A stretch of DNA of 64,000 nt from the NCBI RefSeq assembly GCF_004010195.1, contig NC_057718.1:48240378-48304377 (forward strand). The letters run 5' to 3'. A model generated the notes under the pieces. The model did no database searches, had not been told where the DNA came from, and worked only from the letters and a program-made list of their open reading frames with translations. This document shows positions 51,897 through 64,000 of the stretch, piece after piece. Position numbers and translations under genes: made by a program. Origin of the DNA: Chiloscyllium plagiosum (lineage: Eukaryota). The stretch's first letter is position 1. Every line of letters begins with the position of its first letter.

Positions 51897-52127
51897 GTGT
51901 GTTTCCTCTGGATTCCCTGGTTTCCTCTCACAATCCAAAGATGTGCAGGTTGGGTGGATTGGCCATGCTAAATTGCCCATTGTTTCCAGAGATGTGGAGG
52001 TTAGATGGATTAGTCATGGGAAACACAGAGTTATGGAGACAGGGTGGGGCTGGGTCTTTCTGGGGGATTAGTGTGGACACGATGAACTGAATAGCCTGCT
52101 TCCACACTGTTGGGATTCTATGATTCA
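51897..52127 (+). mobile_element. HE1-like V-SINE, 5'-truncated
   Basis: ccaaagatgtgcaggttgggtggattggccatgctaaattgccc...gggattctatgattc. Confidence 0.85.
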
Positions 52128-52199
52128 TAGCAAGCTAAATATTTAATCACATTGGAAAGATGTAGCATCAGTTTTAATATTGTTTATTTCATATATGGG

Positions 52200-54520
52200 C
52201 CAAATAGAATAATAAACCGGTAATGCTAGAGAAAACAATTTCAGAGATACAAATTATAAACTAAATCAGAAGCTGAACAAGTAATGCATTTCTATGCACA
52301 ATTAAGAATATAGGTTATGGTCTTATAGGTTGCCAAGAGTTAAAAGAAACAAGATATACTTTTGAAGAGATACTCCTTGATACAGGTTTACTACATGCTC
52401 AGAATTTTGAAAACACAAGATTTAAAGAAGCATTCAGTTTCAAGGGGAATACTTAGATGATCTCCACAAACCAGTGGAGAAATGTGGCTATTGTGACTTC
52501 AAGTCAAAATGCATATTGATCAGAATTGTTGTCGGAAATGCTCTTAAGTCTTTGACAAATTCTTTGCAGTCCAAAGACATAAATTTACAGACAGCCGTTC
52601 TGATAGCAAATGAAGCAAAAGCATTACAGATTAATCCTAGAATGAGAGCAACCTCAGCATAGGAGATTAGCAGCATCCATTCACTTCTCAAGGTATAAAA
52701 CCACGAATAACATACATGAGAAACCAGTACAGTGAGCAGAATATGCAGCAGACACTGAAGCCCTTGTCATTATTGCAGAGTAAAAAATCCTCAAGGTACA
52801 AACATTGCCCAGCTGTTAAAAGTGAATGTTATTTTGTAGGTCACTTCCAGAAAATGTGCAGAAGTAACTCCCAGTTTCAGAAAAGTAAGACATCCAATCA
52901 CTATCCACATAAAGAGGTTAATGAGATAAAAGAATCCACAACAGACACAAAAACCTCAAGTATTGCTAGAGGAAATAGATGATCTAGATCTTATATTTTG
53001 GCAAACTGATATTTATGGTCATTTTTAAAATTTCAAATTAGAGACTAGGGCAGTATCAATCACTGTCTACAGAAGAATGCAGTGCAACTATATGGTCCAG
53101 AGCAATAGCACTTAAGATTAAAGGTATGCAACAAGTAATTCACCATGATTTAGCATGTCAAAGAGCAAAAACCTATACATATTATAAAGTCAGGAATTTG
53201 CACTCTTGAGTAAGAAGCTATACCGTAACTTCCAATCTTGTTCAAAAGGTGGGTAAACATTAAACAGCAGAATCTAAGAAGTTCCTTTAATCAGGAATAC
53301 CTTATTATTTGAAGAGTTGGGAAAGTTGAATACTGAGTACAGCATTATATTGAAGAAAGATGCAAAAATCCTCATCTCTATACTCCCCAGGTGAGTCTAT
53401 ATCACACTAAATTATATTAATAGGAGCCATTCCCTGAGTTAGAAACAAACAGAGTGGTATTAGAGGCAGAGTTACTTTACCCAAGCCTAAAACCACTATT
53501 GGAATTTTACATAGCTCAACGATGCATTGACAAGAGAGATCCACAACCTTTTGGTTGACGATGGTTTAGTTAAATCTAAAAGTAGAGTTTTCATGAAACT
53601 CAATGCAAATAGTTATCTGGCAAGTGCCATTTGATGAGCAATCAAGATTGCTTACTGTATTCATAAATGTATGTTGGAGACTTTGTTTCAACAGTTTGTT
53701 TCAACACCACTAAAAAAGACACAAAATCAAGATTTCTCCTAATGCATTCATCAGATGCAAGAAACAAAATTTGAAAAAACATATCGATTTAAATAAAATG
53801 AGAAAAAGGTCCTTATTGTTTGGACCATTGTTGTCATACAGACACAGCAGGAATGTGCAATCTTAGTTAGCTGGGAAAAAAAACTCAGACTCGGTAAATT
53901 CTGATTAGTCAGGGTGTTGCCATGGAGAACACAGCAGGGATTGGCAGTCTCCATAATCCTTTATTCAATGAGAAAGATGTGGTGTATAGATGAATTCCTT
54001 TTGCCAACAAAGAACAGGACTTTGACAATTTGTATATGTAGCTTCCAACATTTTCAATCAAAGCACACTGGAAGCGTAGATTTTATTTTGTTCAGCAGCC
54101 AAGAAATTAAGAGGTAGAAGATCAGTATATGGAGATTGAGGTGCTAGAAAAAGGGGAAAAAAAAGGATATCCTATACTTGGGATCAAGAATTATATAATA
54201 CAAGAAATCAGACATTACAAAGGCTCATGAAGATTTTTATTTACTGGAAAACTATATGACCACCTGTTTCAAGAATGGGATTTTGAAATTGATATAAACA
54301 CCTTTTGGGACGCGAATGTGGGAATGTCTAAGATTATTAGAAGCAGAAGGGACAACTACAATGTGAACTTAATGACCTACATTACACTATATTGCATTTC
54401 CCAAATATGTAATACTAAACTCATGACCATAATAGAAAATTTAGGCAAACTACAATAACTTAGAAGTTGGCTGACAAATAGAACAACCGTTTCTTCAAAC
54501 ACGTACTTTGAATCAACAGG
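52200..54520 (+). mobile_element. Degenerate Ty3/Gypsy internal region (gag Zn-knuckle, protease, RT)
   Basis: CPAVKSECYFVGHFQKMCRS (Zn-knuckle remnant); FKLETRA (like FKLDTGA) at about 53032; KLNANS..WQVPFDEQSRLLTVFI (RT) at about 53596. Confidence 0.8.
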
Positions 54521-55006
54521 ATAGAGATATTTTACTTTGTATTGTGTCCAAGTTGAATGAAATTCTTCGAATTTGATTCCTTTGTAAAACTTTGCAATTT
54601 CCTTATATTGAAGACAATGGATTCCTTCTGCAATTTACGTTAGCTTAGCCAATGAAAACTTCCTTTATGTTCTCCGGCATACTTATTTTTGTGAAGTAAA
54701 CAGGATATTTATATTTGGCTCCAAAAAGTGAACATTATAGCTAAAGAACCAAGTGGTTTGGTTATCAACTATTCTAGTCTAGAATTGTCCTCATGAATTT
54801 AAGGAATGTCTCCTGTATTAAACACAATGTACTATTAGCTGATATTTTAGGTATGAGTGTAATAGAGTCGTAAAATGTTGTTAAAAGATATATAGAGCAC
54901 TAAGGTCCCACGTCACACATGAAGAAGGAATTTTGTGACAACTACACAAATGATTCATCCACTTCACAAACATACTGGCCCAGAGTTTCTAATTAGAGTC
55001 AGAAAT

Positions 55007-56436
55007 TCAAAGTTTGTGAGAAGATTTATAGCTTGGGTGCTCGTTGTTGTGGTGCTGTTCGCTGAGCTGGGAATTTGTGTTGCAGATGTTTCATCCCCTC
55101 TCTAGGTGACATCCTCAGTGCTTTGGAGCCTCCTTGAAGCGCTTCTGTGATCTTTCCTCCGGCATTTGTAGTGGTTTGAATCTGCCACTTCCAGTTGTCA
55201 GTTCCAGCTGTCCGTTGCAGTGGTCGGTACATTGGGTCCAGGTCGATGTGCTTCTTGATTGAATCTGTGGATGAGTGCCATGCCTCTAGGAATTCCCTGG
55301 CTGTTCTCTGTTTGGCTTGTCCTATAATAGTGGTGTTGTCCCAGTCGAATTCATTTCGCTTGTCATCTGCGTGTGTGGCTACTAGGAATAGCTGGCTAGT
55401 GGCTAGTTGGTGTTCATGGAAGTGGATCGTTAGCGGTCTTCCTGTTTGTCCTATGTAGTGTGTTGTGCAGTCCTTGCATGGAATTTTGTACACTACATTG
55501 GTTTTGCTCATGCTGTGTATCGGGTCCTTCGTTTTGGTGAGTTGTTGTCTGAGAGTGGCTGTTGGTTTGTGTGCTGTTATGAGTCCTAGTGGTCGCAGTA
55601 GTGTGGCTGGCAGTTTGGAAATGCTCTTGATGTATGGTAGTGTGGCTAGTCCTTTGGGGTTGCGGCATGTCCTCGTTCCGTTGTCTTTCCCTTAGGCATC
55701 TGTTGATGAAATTGCGGGGGTATCCATTTTTGGCGAATACATTGTATAGGTGTTCTTCTTCCTCTTTTTGCGGTTCTGGTGTACTGCAGGGTGTTGTGGC
55801 CCTTTTGAATAGTGTCTTGATGCAACTTCTTTTGTGTGTGTTGGGGTAGTTGCTTTCGAAAGCAACACAAAAGAAGTTGCATCAAGACACTATTCAAAAG
55901 GGCCACAACACCCTGCAGTACACCAGAACTGCAAAAAGAGGAAGAAGAACACCTATACAATGTATTAGCCAAAAAGGGATACCCGCGCAATTTCATCAAA
56001 AGATGCCTAAAACACTACATAGGACAAACAGGAAGACAGCTGACAATCCGCATCCATGAACACCAACTAGCCACGAAATGACATGACCAGCTATCCTTAG
56101 TAGCCACACACGCAGATGACAAACGACATGAATTCGACTGGGACAACACTACTATTATAGGACAAGCCAGGGAACAGCCAGGGAATTCCTAGAGGCATGG
56201 CACTCATCCACAGATTCAATCAAGACGCACATCGACCTGGACCCAATATACCGACCACTGCAACCGACAGCTGGAACTGACAACTGGAAGCGACAGATTA
56301 AAACCACTATAAATGCCGGAGGAAAGATCACAGAAGCACTTCACAGGAGGCTCCCAAGCACTGAGGATGTCACCTAGACAGGGGACGAAACGTCTGCAAC
56401 ACAAATTCCCAGCTTGGCAAACAGAACCACAACAAC
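55007..56436. mobile_element. Penelope/Poseidon-type PLE fold-back insertion (minus arm 55007-55857, plus arm 55858-56436)
   Basis: GIY-YIG NVVYKIPCKDCTTHYIGQTGR and thumb HKRSCIKTLFKRA. Central 18-bp palindrome. 12-bp TSD agagtcagaaat at 54995-55006 and 56437-56448. Confidence 0.93.
56358..56397 (+). ncRNA. Minimal hammerhead ribozyme motif
   Basis: GCA-CUGAGGA-U-GUCACCU-AGAC-AGGGGAC-GAAA-CGUC-UGC. Helix I GCA/UGC, helix II 6 of 7 bp, ACGU palindrome. Confidence 0.8.
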
Positions 56437-57214
56437 AGAGTCAGAAATGCTATTCCTGACCCTGATTGGAAAAAAGACTATAAGTTTACCTTTGGAGGAG
56501 TTTTCTGTATGAATTTCTTGGCATGGGCCTTCTCAACTGAAATAATCTAAACCAGGCCAAGAATCAATGCAGCCAGCAGCACAATTAATTGATGCTGAAT
56601 CTACATTCTGTTTTTTTCCACTAGCTGCTGTATTTTAAGGATGAAAGGTTATGAAGACACATTACAGGTGCTGTAAGAAGGTAAGGGCGTAAGGGTGGGA
56701 ATATGGGTGTAGATGATGCCAACTGGATGAAGGGGTAGTTGGCAGGCAAGTGGGAGGGGTAGGATGCCAGCTAGGTTAGGATCCTGATAGGTGGGTATTC
56801 TCCATGTAAAGATCAGTCAAGGGTACAGATGCAAGGTAGCTGAGTCTGAGTTAAGGGGGCAGATAGGTCAATGAGTGCTTAAGGTTTGGTCAGGGTGGGC
56901 TGGTCATGGGAATCAGTGGGGTGATTGAAGATTTGGGTTAGGTTGGCACTGGCAACAAGGTTGGGTTGTAGGGTCAGATTGAGTTTGGAAGAGTAAGGAT
57001 GTTGAGACCAGGAATGGAAGTCTTTCAAGTGCCCATGGGAGAATTTGAGAAATTACTCAGATCTAATTGTTGAAGAACAAAATTAACATATGTCCTGGAA
57101 CATAACAGCTGTGTCATAAAACTATGAAACCACATAATGTCCTAGATTATTTACATATGTTTTAATGTATGATATCAAGCCAATATCAAAATGTTGTGAT
57201 CACGTCTAATGTAC

Positions 57215-57417
57215 GGAATAAGTTGCCAGAGGAAGTGATGGAGGCTGCTGCAATTACAGCATTTAAAAGGCACCTGGATGGGTATATGAATAGGAAGGGT
57301 TTAGAGGGATATGGACCAAGTGCTGGCAAATGGGACTAGCTTAATTTAGGATATCTGGTCAGCATTGACAAGTTAGACCAAAGGGTCAGTTTCCGTGCTG
57401 TACATCTCTATGACTCT
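57215..57417 (+). mobile_element. CR1 3' end fragment
   Basis: ttgccagaggaagtg...aggaagggtttagagggatatgg...ctctatgactcta. Confidence 0.85.
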
Positions 57418-58794
57418 AATCCAGTTTTGTTCAGTTCAACACTGCCCGAGTCAGTAGTTCAAATTCAGAAGGAAAATTGGAGTTGGGATAAAGGAAGTTT
57501 TAGAGGACTCAGAATTTAATCTCCAAACTCTGGGGCGCAGAATCAAGAAAATTCCCGACTTTCCAAGCTTGACGCAGGAGAAACTTCTCCAAGTGGTTGA
57601 AATCTCACTATGAAGGGTGAGGGGTGTGTTGGAGGAGTGCCCACTGGCCCTGTCAGTCAGCTCTCGATATGGAAGGGAGGCCAGTTGTGAGTAGTGAGAC
57701 TCTGGCAGCATTTAAAAGGAGAGCCAGTGAGCAGTTTCAACAGAGAAGCAGGAGGTGGCTGCACGTGTTTCTGTTGTTTGAAGGAGATGTCAATCCACAG
57801 TCAGGTGAGCCCTCACTGTAACAGATTGCTGGCACTGAAAGGGATGGCCCATAATTGGGTTAGAAGATATTGTCATTGCTGTTGCCTATTCACATTGGAA
57901 TGAAGGAGCACAATCCACCAGGTTAAGGCTGAAAAAGCTTCATAAGAGACATTCAATTGGGAGAGTGGCAGGGGTCCAGTATCGTGGTGTTGGGATTTGG
58001 GGTCCCATCTAGGTAGAGGGTTGGGAGTCGGGTCAGCTGGACACTGTCAGGGATCCATGTGGATAAGATGGAGTCAAGGGTTGTGTCAGGGTGAAGGATT
58101 TGATCCTGTGGTGGTTGTAGGGATAAATGGTGAGTCAGTGAAGTGGTCAGTTTTGTAGCTATCCAGGAGTTAGAGGAGGTTTTCAACCTTTCCTATTTAA
58201 TTACTAAGCTAAGTTAATTGGAACCTTCTGAAGTCTCTGAGTTGAGGACTTTTACAGAAGGTTCTAGATGGTTTCACCTTCCAGTCCAGAAGGAAAAACC
58301 AGTAAAACGTGTGAATGACTCATACTGGTTCGACCCATCTTATGTACTCCCAATGGAGCTCCAGTAGGACCAGTGGATTCGTTTCCAAGTATTATTGTAA
58401 TGTTTACTTCTTCTTTCCTCAGAGGGAGGTGGGGGCACTATTCCCAAGGAATCAGCTGGAGATTACACATGGTCTCAACATGGAACTTCCGTCTATGCTG
58501 TTACAACCACAACCACTGTCTTATCAAAAGTTCTGGGCCAAATAACCTTTCACAAAAGAGATTCTTATCATATTTTTGGAAGAAATATTGGGTTAAAATG
58601 ATGGAATGCACATTGCAACATTCAAGCAAAACAAAGTCAATAAAACAGGAGAACTGCATGGCTCTTTAAGATAGTTCAAAATGCAAGTGTAAAGCATGAG
58701 GAACTTCCTTCATTGTGGATCCATAAATTCTCCTTTTACATTGCTCCACACTTTTGTAGACAAGCGTTTTCTTGAGGATTTTAATAATGAAAGC

Positions 58795-59135
58795 AAAGAA
58801 AGAACTTGTACTTATGTAGCACATTACATGACTTGAGAAATCTCAAAGTAGTTCATAGCTAAAGGGATTCTTTTGAAGTGTTACAATTTTTTTTAGTGTT
58901 GGGAAATACCATAGCTAATTTGTGCACAGAGAAATGTTAGAGAAAGCAACAATATAAATGACAAAGCCTGCTTTAGCTATGCTGGTTGATGTTTAACTAT
59001 TAACCAGGATAACTCACTTGCATCCCACCTTGATTCAATGTCTCATATGAAAAACAACACTTCTAATAGTATAGCACTCCCTTCAGTACTATACTGAAGT
59101 GTCAGTCTAGATTATAAATGTTGAAGTCTCTGCAG
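58795..59135 (-). mobile_element. DeuSINE (SacSINE/AmnSINE-like) remnant
   Basis: agcactcccttcagtactatactgaagtgtcagtctagattat and aaagaaagaacttgtacttatgtagc resemble the reverse complement of the Deu-domain SINE body and tail. Confidence 0.6.
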
Positions 59136-59799
59136 TGTTGCCATTGAACGTGGTTGATGACCATAATGTATTTGATATTATACAAACTTGCTTTAATCAG
59201 CTATAAAGGACAATTTGTTTTTGAAGCATGATTTTTGAGTCAACCCATGTATTGAAATTCACTGGGCTACGAGCCAACAAGGTTGACATTTTTGTTTTTT
59301 TATATGCAGCTGTGGATACTATCAGAGAGGTATCTGTATGAAAATAAATTTACAAAAAATAGCCTGTCCAAAGAAACTAAGTTTAATTTTCACACTTCCT
59401 GAAGCTTATTATGCCAACCAAATTGTTCAAATTAAACTGTAAGGTTATATCATATTGTCCTATTAATTAGTAATCTGTCAGAATTCATACATTCCTTAGC
59501 AAATATCTTTACTTACTTAAAATGCTACAGGTATGATCCAATTAATATTTCAGGGGCCATATTCCAGTTGGGAACATTTGCCACTTTGATTCACTACCAT
59601 CTACCGATCCAAATAAAAAAGGTTGAAAATGCACAACCATGATGGTCATTATACAGAAAATCTAAAATAAAGTGAAGAGCCAACAATAAGGTAACATCAA
59701 TAAGAAAACAATGATCAAGTTCCCTGAGCTTGGATTAAGAAATGGCTAAGTATTCCATGAAGATGAAAATACTGAGTGACGAAATGAGTTTTTAGTTTT

Positions 59800-60015
59800 A
59801 AAGTAAAGTCACTATAGTCTTACCGGGCTATACGGCTGGTGTCTCATTAAAGAGAGACAATTGGTAGTGGTTTAATCTGAGGGTCACCACCCCTCAGGCA
59901 GGGGGTGGAGTTGAGAAGGACAGTCCTTCATGGTAACCTCAGCTGATGCAGGAATTGAACTCACACTTCGCATCACTCAGCATTGCAAAGTAGCAATCCA
60001 GCAAACTGAGCTAAC
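59800..60015 (-). mobile_element. tRNA-derived SINE
   Basis: Minus-strand head gttagctcagtttgctgga (A box)...gagttcaattcc (B box); tail ...gactttacttt. Confidence 0.7.
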
Positions 60016-63014
60016 TAACTCTCTGGCAAACTGACCTTACCGACTTCCTAATGTGAAAGGATTAGCGCAAAAGACTGTGCTGTGAGCATTCAGTGAAGCA
60101 GAGGTAATGTAGGTACCTGTAGTAAGAAGTGCAAGAGACTGTAGAACTGGAATTTGGAAAAGAGTGTTTCCACAGAAAACTGTCAGGATAGCATTAACAA
60201 CGTCGAGTGAGGGGAATAAAGACTGAAGGGTAAAGAGACCATTGGCAATGAGATGACAAGCATGGTTTTTTACCTTGTGTAGGACTGGAGGAGAATGAAA
60301 CAACCATTCACATATATATAAATACAGAGGGAATGCTCCTTTTTAAGGGTTAAAAAGACAACATATTCAAACTTTGTAGATTCACATCAAAGCCTAGAAA
60401 TTCTTGAAGACAAAAAAAGCCTCATCTTGAATCAATTAATAAAAAAGCCTTCGGTGAAAGTATGACAAATATGCACACATTTCTATCAGGATACTTATTC
60501 AGTTCAACATGGTTAAGAAATTTTCAATAGGTCCTGTTAAAAAAAGTTACACAATGTTCTGCTATTATAATTACAAATAAATAAATAAATAGAATATTTC
60601 AGGATCCAGAGTTGATCACCTCACTTTAAATTGTCAGTGTTAAGCTTACTCAGTTGGTCAACTTCACTTTTAAGTAGTATAATTGGACTAAATAACACAT
60701 TTGATTTTCAAAACAAACATTTAATAAAGACAATGCATATGTACATAAATTAGATAATCATTATGCAAAAATTACATTATAAAAATAGTCAAACCCCCAA
60801 ACGAAAAACAGCCCTTCTTCCCTTCCCACTTCCCCTTCTCCTTACTTTTAAACACTATGCTTGCACTTATTAAGCTCAGGATCTCATGTGCCTTTTTTAA
60901 TCACTTCCTCAATCTGTCCTATCACTTCCAACAATTTTGCATTTCCAACTCAGATTTCTCTATTCTTGCATCCCCCTTTAAGATGTTACCCATTAGTTTA
61001 TATAGCTCTCCTTATTCTTTCTAATTGTATCACCATACCTTTCGGCATTACAGTTAATCTGCCTCATGTTTGCCCATTCTACTTGCTTATTTGTGTTCTT
61101 TGGAAGTCTACCACAATATTCCCATGTTTGGTGTCATCTGCAGATTTTGAAATAAGCCCGTGTGCACTGAAATCAAGTTTATTATATTCCAAAGCCATGG
61201 TTTTAGCTTTACTGCATATCTTTGCCCAGGCTGAAATATTACTGTGTTCCATTACTCTCAGTTTACTGTCATTCAGCCAACTTTATATCTATGCTACAAA
61301 TGCCCCCGTGATTCCTTGAGTTTCAAACTTACTGGCATCAAATACTAGAGGCTGTCAGCCTTATAATGCATTCTTGGCTGATAGATCAGAAGTCAGGTGA
61401 CATTGTGGGCTGCTGTTGGCACCTGTTGCCAAGCTGCTGTATCCACAGATCATCATTGTGGCATTTGCCAGCCCACAACAGGAGATGTTATTTGCCGATC
61501 ATTAGCCCATATCTACCAGGTGCAAAAAATCAATGTCTGGAGTCTTCATGTCACGCTTGTATACATTCTTGATACAGGTGTCTCACTGGCCTCTGGTTCC
61601 ACTTACTTTGTCATGCAATACATCTTTGTATATGCATCCATCTTCAATCCTGTGAATGTGTCTGAGCCAGAGAAGTTGCAATTGCTTGAACACTGTCAAC
61701 ATATTGGGAAATTGAACCTTCAGAGGACAGCCTCATTTATGATTTTGTCCTTCCATGAGCTGTCAGAATGCATGGAAGATAGTCAAGGTAAAAATTGTTG
61801 ATCTTCCTTTTCTGATGTCTGTAATTTGTCCATTTTTCACAACCATAAAACAATGTGCTGAGAACACAGGCCTCAAAAATGGCATCCTCGTCCTAAGAAT
61901 CAATTTGCTATGGTTCCATGCACGTTGCTTGATTCAGTCAATGCCAGTAACTGATTTCCCTTTACTTGTATTCTGTGCTACATCAAGACACAGATTGCCT
62001 GTCACTGTGCAACCAAGTAGCAGAATTTGCTAGTCACTCTAAGTGGGGCATTACTTAGTGTGATCAAGGATGAATGTATAACACCTGTCCCTGATGGTTA
62101 TAGAAAGGCAAAAAAGTAGCAGGCATTGGACAGGCATTCCAATAGTCTTTATAATTTAGTTTCCATGTGCGTAATATTATTGAGGCATATCAACTTAGAG
62201 ACGCAGTAGTGATCAAGATGTGCTGTATTTTTTATTCACTTTTAGCCGGGATAGATTGCATAGTTTACCATCTGACCATTATATAGGTCGTTATCTACTG
62301 AGCTGCTGTTATTCTAGGATAAGTCAGATCCAACACAGGAATCCAGTTTAATAGATCATTATGCTATTTGTTATGGTTTAACAAAGTAGTTGCTCTCTTT
62401 GAAACATAAGCATGCAATGCTGCAGATTTTGCTTTAAAAACAACAAAATTGAAATTTATTATAAAAAGAATGTAGATAAAATGGAATAATCCAAACTTTC
62501 TACTTATAAATTCAAATAGTTTTAAATGTACAGTAAAAATTAAACCTAAAACATTCTTTTATAAATTGAAAAGAAACAAAATGCTTCTGCACGGTTCTCA
62601 ACACAACACTCCTGGCACAGTTCCTAAAACATGACTTTTGTAACACTCATGCCATAGTCACTAACTTTAACACCTCGGTATATTTAAGACACTTGTGATT
62701 TCAACTTTTACACTGGAGATACAACAGCATCTTCTGGAAGTTACCACACATTGGAGCTTCACTGTACTCAGCTTTGAAAACCACTTCTAGCCTAGGACCA
62801 ACACTAACTTTTCACTGAGGTAATCTAATTTATTAAATCTATTATTCCTTTTTCAGGAGTCCAGCTCTGTATAGCCAGTTGTGGGTGTCTCACTTGAGCT
62901 AAATAAACCAAGACTCCACAACACTAACAAACATTCGAGACTCCATTACTTACCACACTTGGTCGCAAACACTAATCAAAAGTTCATTAGTGGATTAAAC
63001 GTGTGTACATTACA

Positions 63015-63248
63015 ATAAAAGCAAAATACTATAGATGCTGAAAGCCTGAAAAGAAGACAGAAAATGCTGAAGAATCTCAGCAGATCTGGCAGAATTTTGG
63101 AGAGACAAACAGTATTAACATTTCAAGTTCACTATGACTCTTCTTTGACATCAAGAACAGTCATACTTGACTTGAAACGTTAACTCTGTTTCTCTCTCTA
63201 CAATGCTGGGAGATCTGATAAGTTTATTCAGTATTTTTGGTTTTCATT
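63015..63248. mobile_element. Short palindromic PLE-terminus-derived element
   Basis: Imperfect inverted arms ttaacatttcaagt..atgactcttc / aagaacagtcatacttgacttgaaacgttaactctg; same family as 19826-20040. Confidence 0.65.
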
Positions 63249-64000
63249 CGCTCTATAGCCAGGCTTCAAAATAGTTTCTCAGTTGCCATGGTTACAGAAA
63301 TACTGTACAAGTTAATTAACTTGAAAAACCCACGTCACCAACTCAAAACCTGAAATCGAAATTTACAGAGACTAATATATAAAAAAAATCATACATTTAA
63401 ATGCCACAGTTTACATCACCAGGTAAATTCTGGTCATACCTACAAGGAAACAAATGTCAGGAGCATGGAGAAGAAAATACCAATAGAAAGCTTGAAGATG
63501 CATCAAAAAGTGTAAATGATTAAAATTTTTTAAAATAAATTTGCGCAGAAAAATGTCAAACTCCACCAACACAATTTCCCTTTTCTATACATTATTTTTT
63601 ATTCACTGTAATAGGTGTACTTCATGTCTAGATAAACCATGGGTTTCAGCTTTCACAAAAAAATCTGAAAATTGCAGAATGTCATACAAAATATGAACAA
63701 ATATTCTAAAAGTTCAAGTAAAAATGCAAGTTAACTTAAGATACCATGGAGCAGCACTTCTTAGTCAAAGACATTTATTCCAGATTCATTTGCAGTCAAT
63801 CACGTTCTCAATTTTTTTTTTGAAATTTAATTGTCAAGTTTATCAAGACTCAAAGGTTTGCCTGTATGAGTTTGAATCACTTGTTTTCATCGACCTTTCA
63901 CAGCATACAATGCAAATGAGATGAAAAAAAATTGTTCAATTTAATGGACATGAAAAGTTAAAGCACAGATTCAAAGTATAATCAAGCATAATTCTTGTGA

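Noticed and set aside
52200..54520. Domesticated gag/pol gene
   Set aside because: Riddled with stops and frameshifts; no long ORF is preserved.

Overview
Vertebrate, AT-rich, transposon-dense genomic DNA, most likely from a shark or other elasmobranch, judged from HE1/V-SINE-like SINEs, CR1 (HER1-like) LINEs and a DeuSINE. One host gene is clearly supported: an RD3 (retinal degeneration 3) family gene on the + strand. It has two coding exons (33234-33529 and 49455-49752) that splice GT-AG across a 15,925-nt intron to give a 197-aa protein. A probable non-coding first exon and promoter lie near 21.5-22.1 kb. Almost every other ORF in the track is a fragment of a degenerate retroelement (CR1, L2, Rex/Babar, Gypsy, Penelope-like). 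The most interesting structure is in the Penelope-like elements (PLEs): (i) minimal hammerhead ribozyme motifs in four distinct terminal families; (ii) a 1.43-kb fold-back insertion with a 12-bp TSD; (iii) an inverted PLE pair that encloses about 690 bp of unrelated DNA inside one TSD; (iv) a 149-bp duplication across a PLE insertion junction; (v) a three-level CR1 > Rex > PLE nest. There is a 440-N assembly gap at 10554-10993. I found no prokaryotic-type systems, CRISPR arrays, rRNA or true tRNA genes. Family names come from motif recognition, not database searches, and boundaries of old repeats are approximate.
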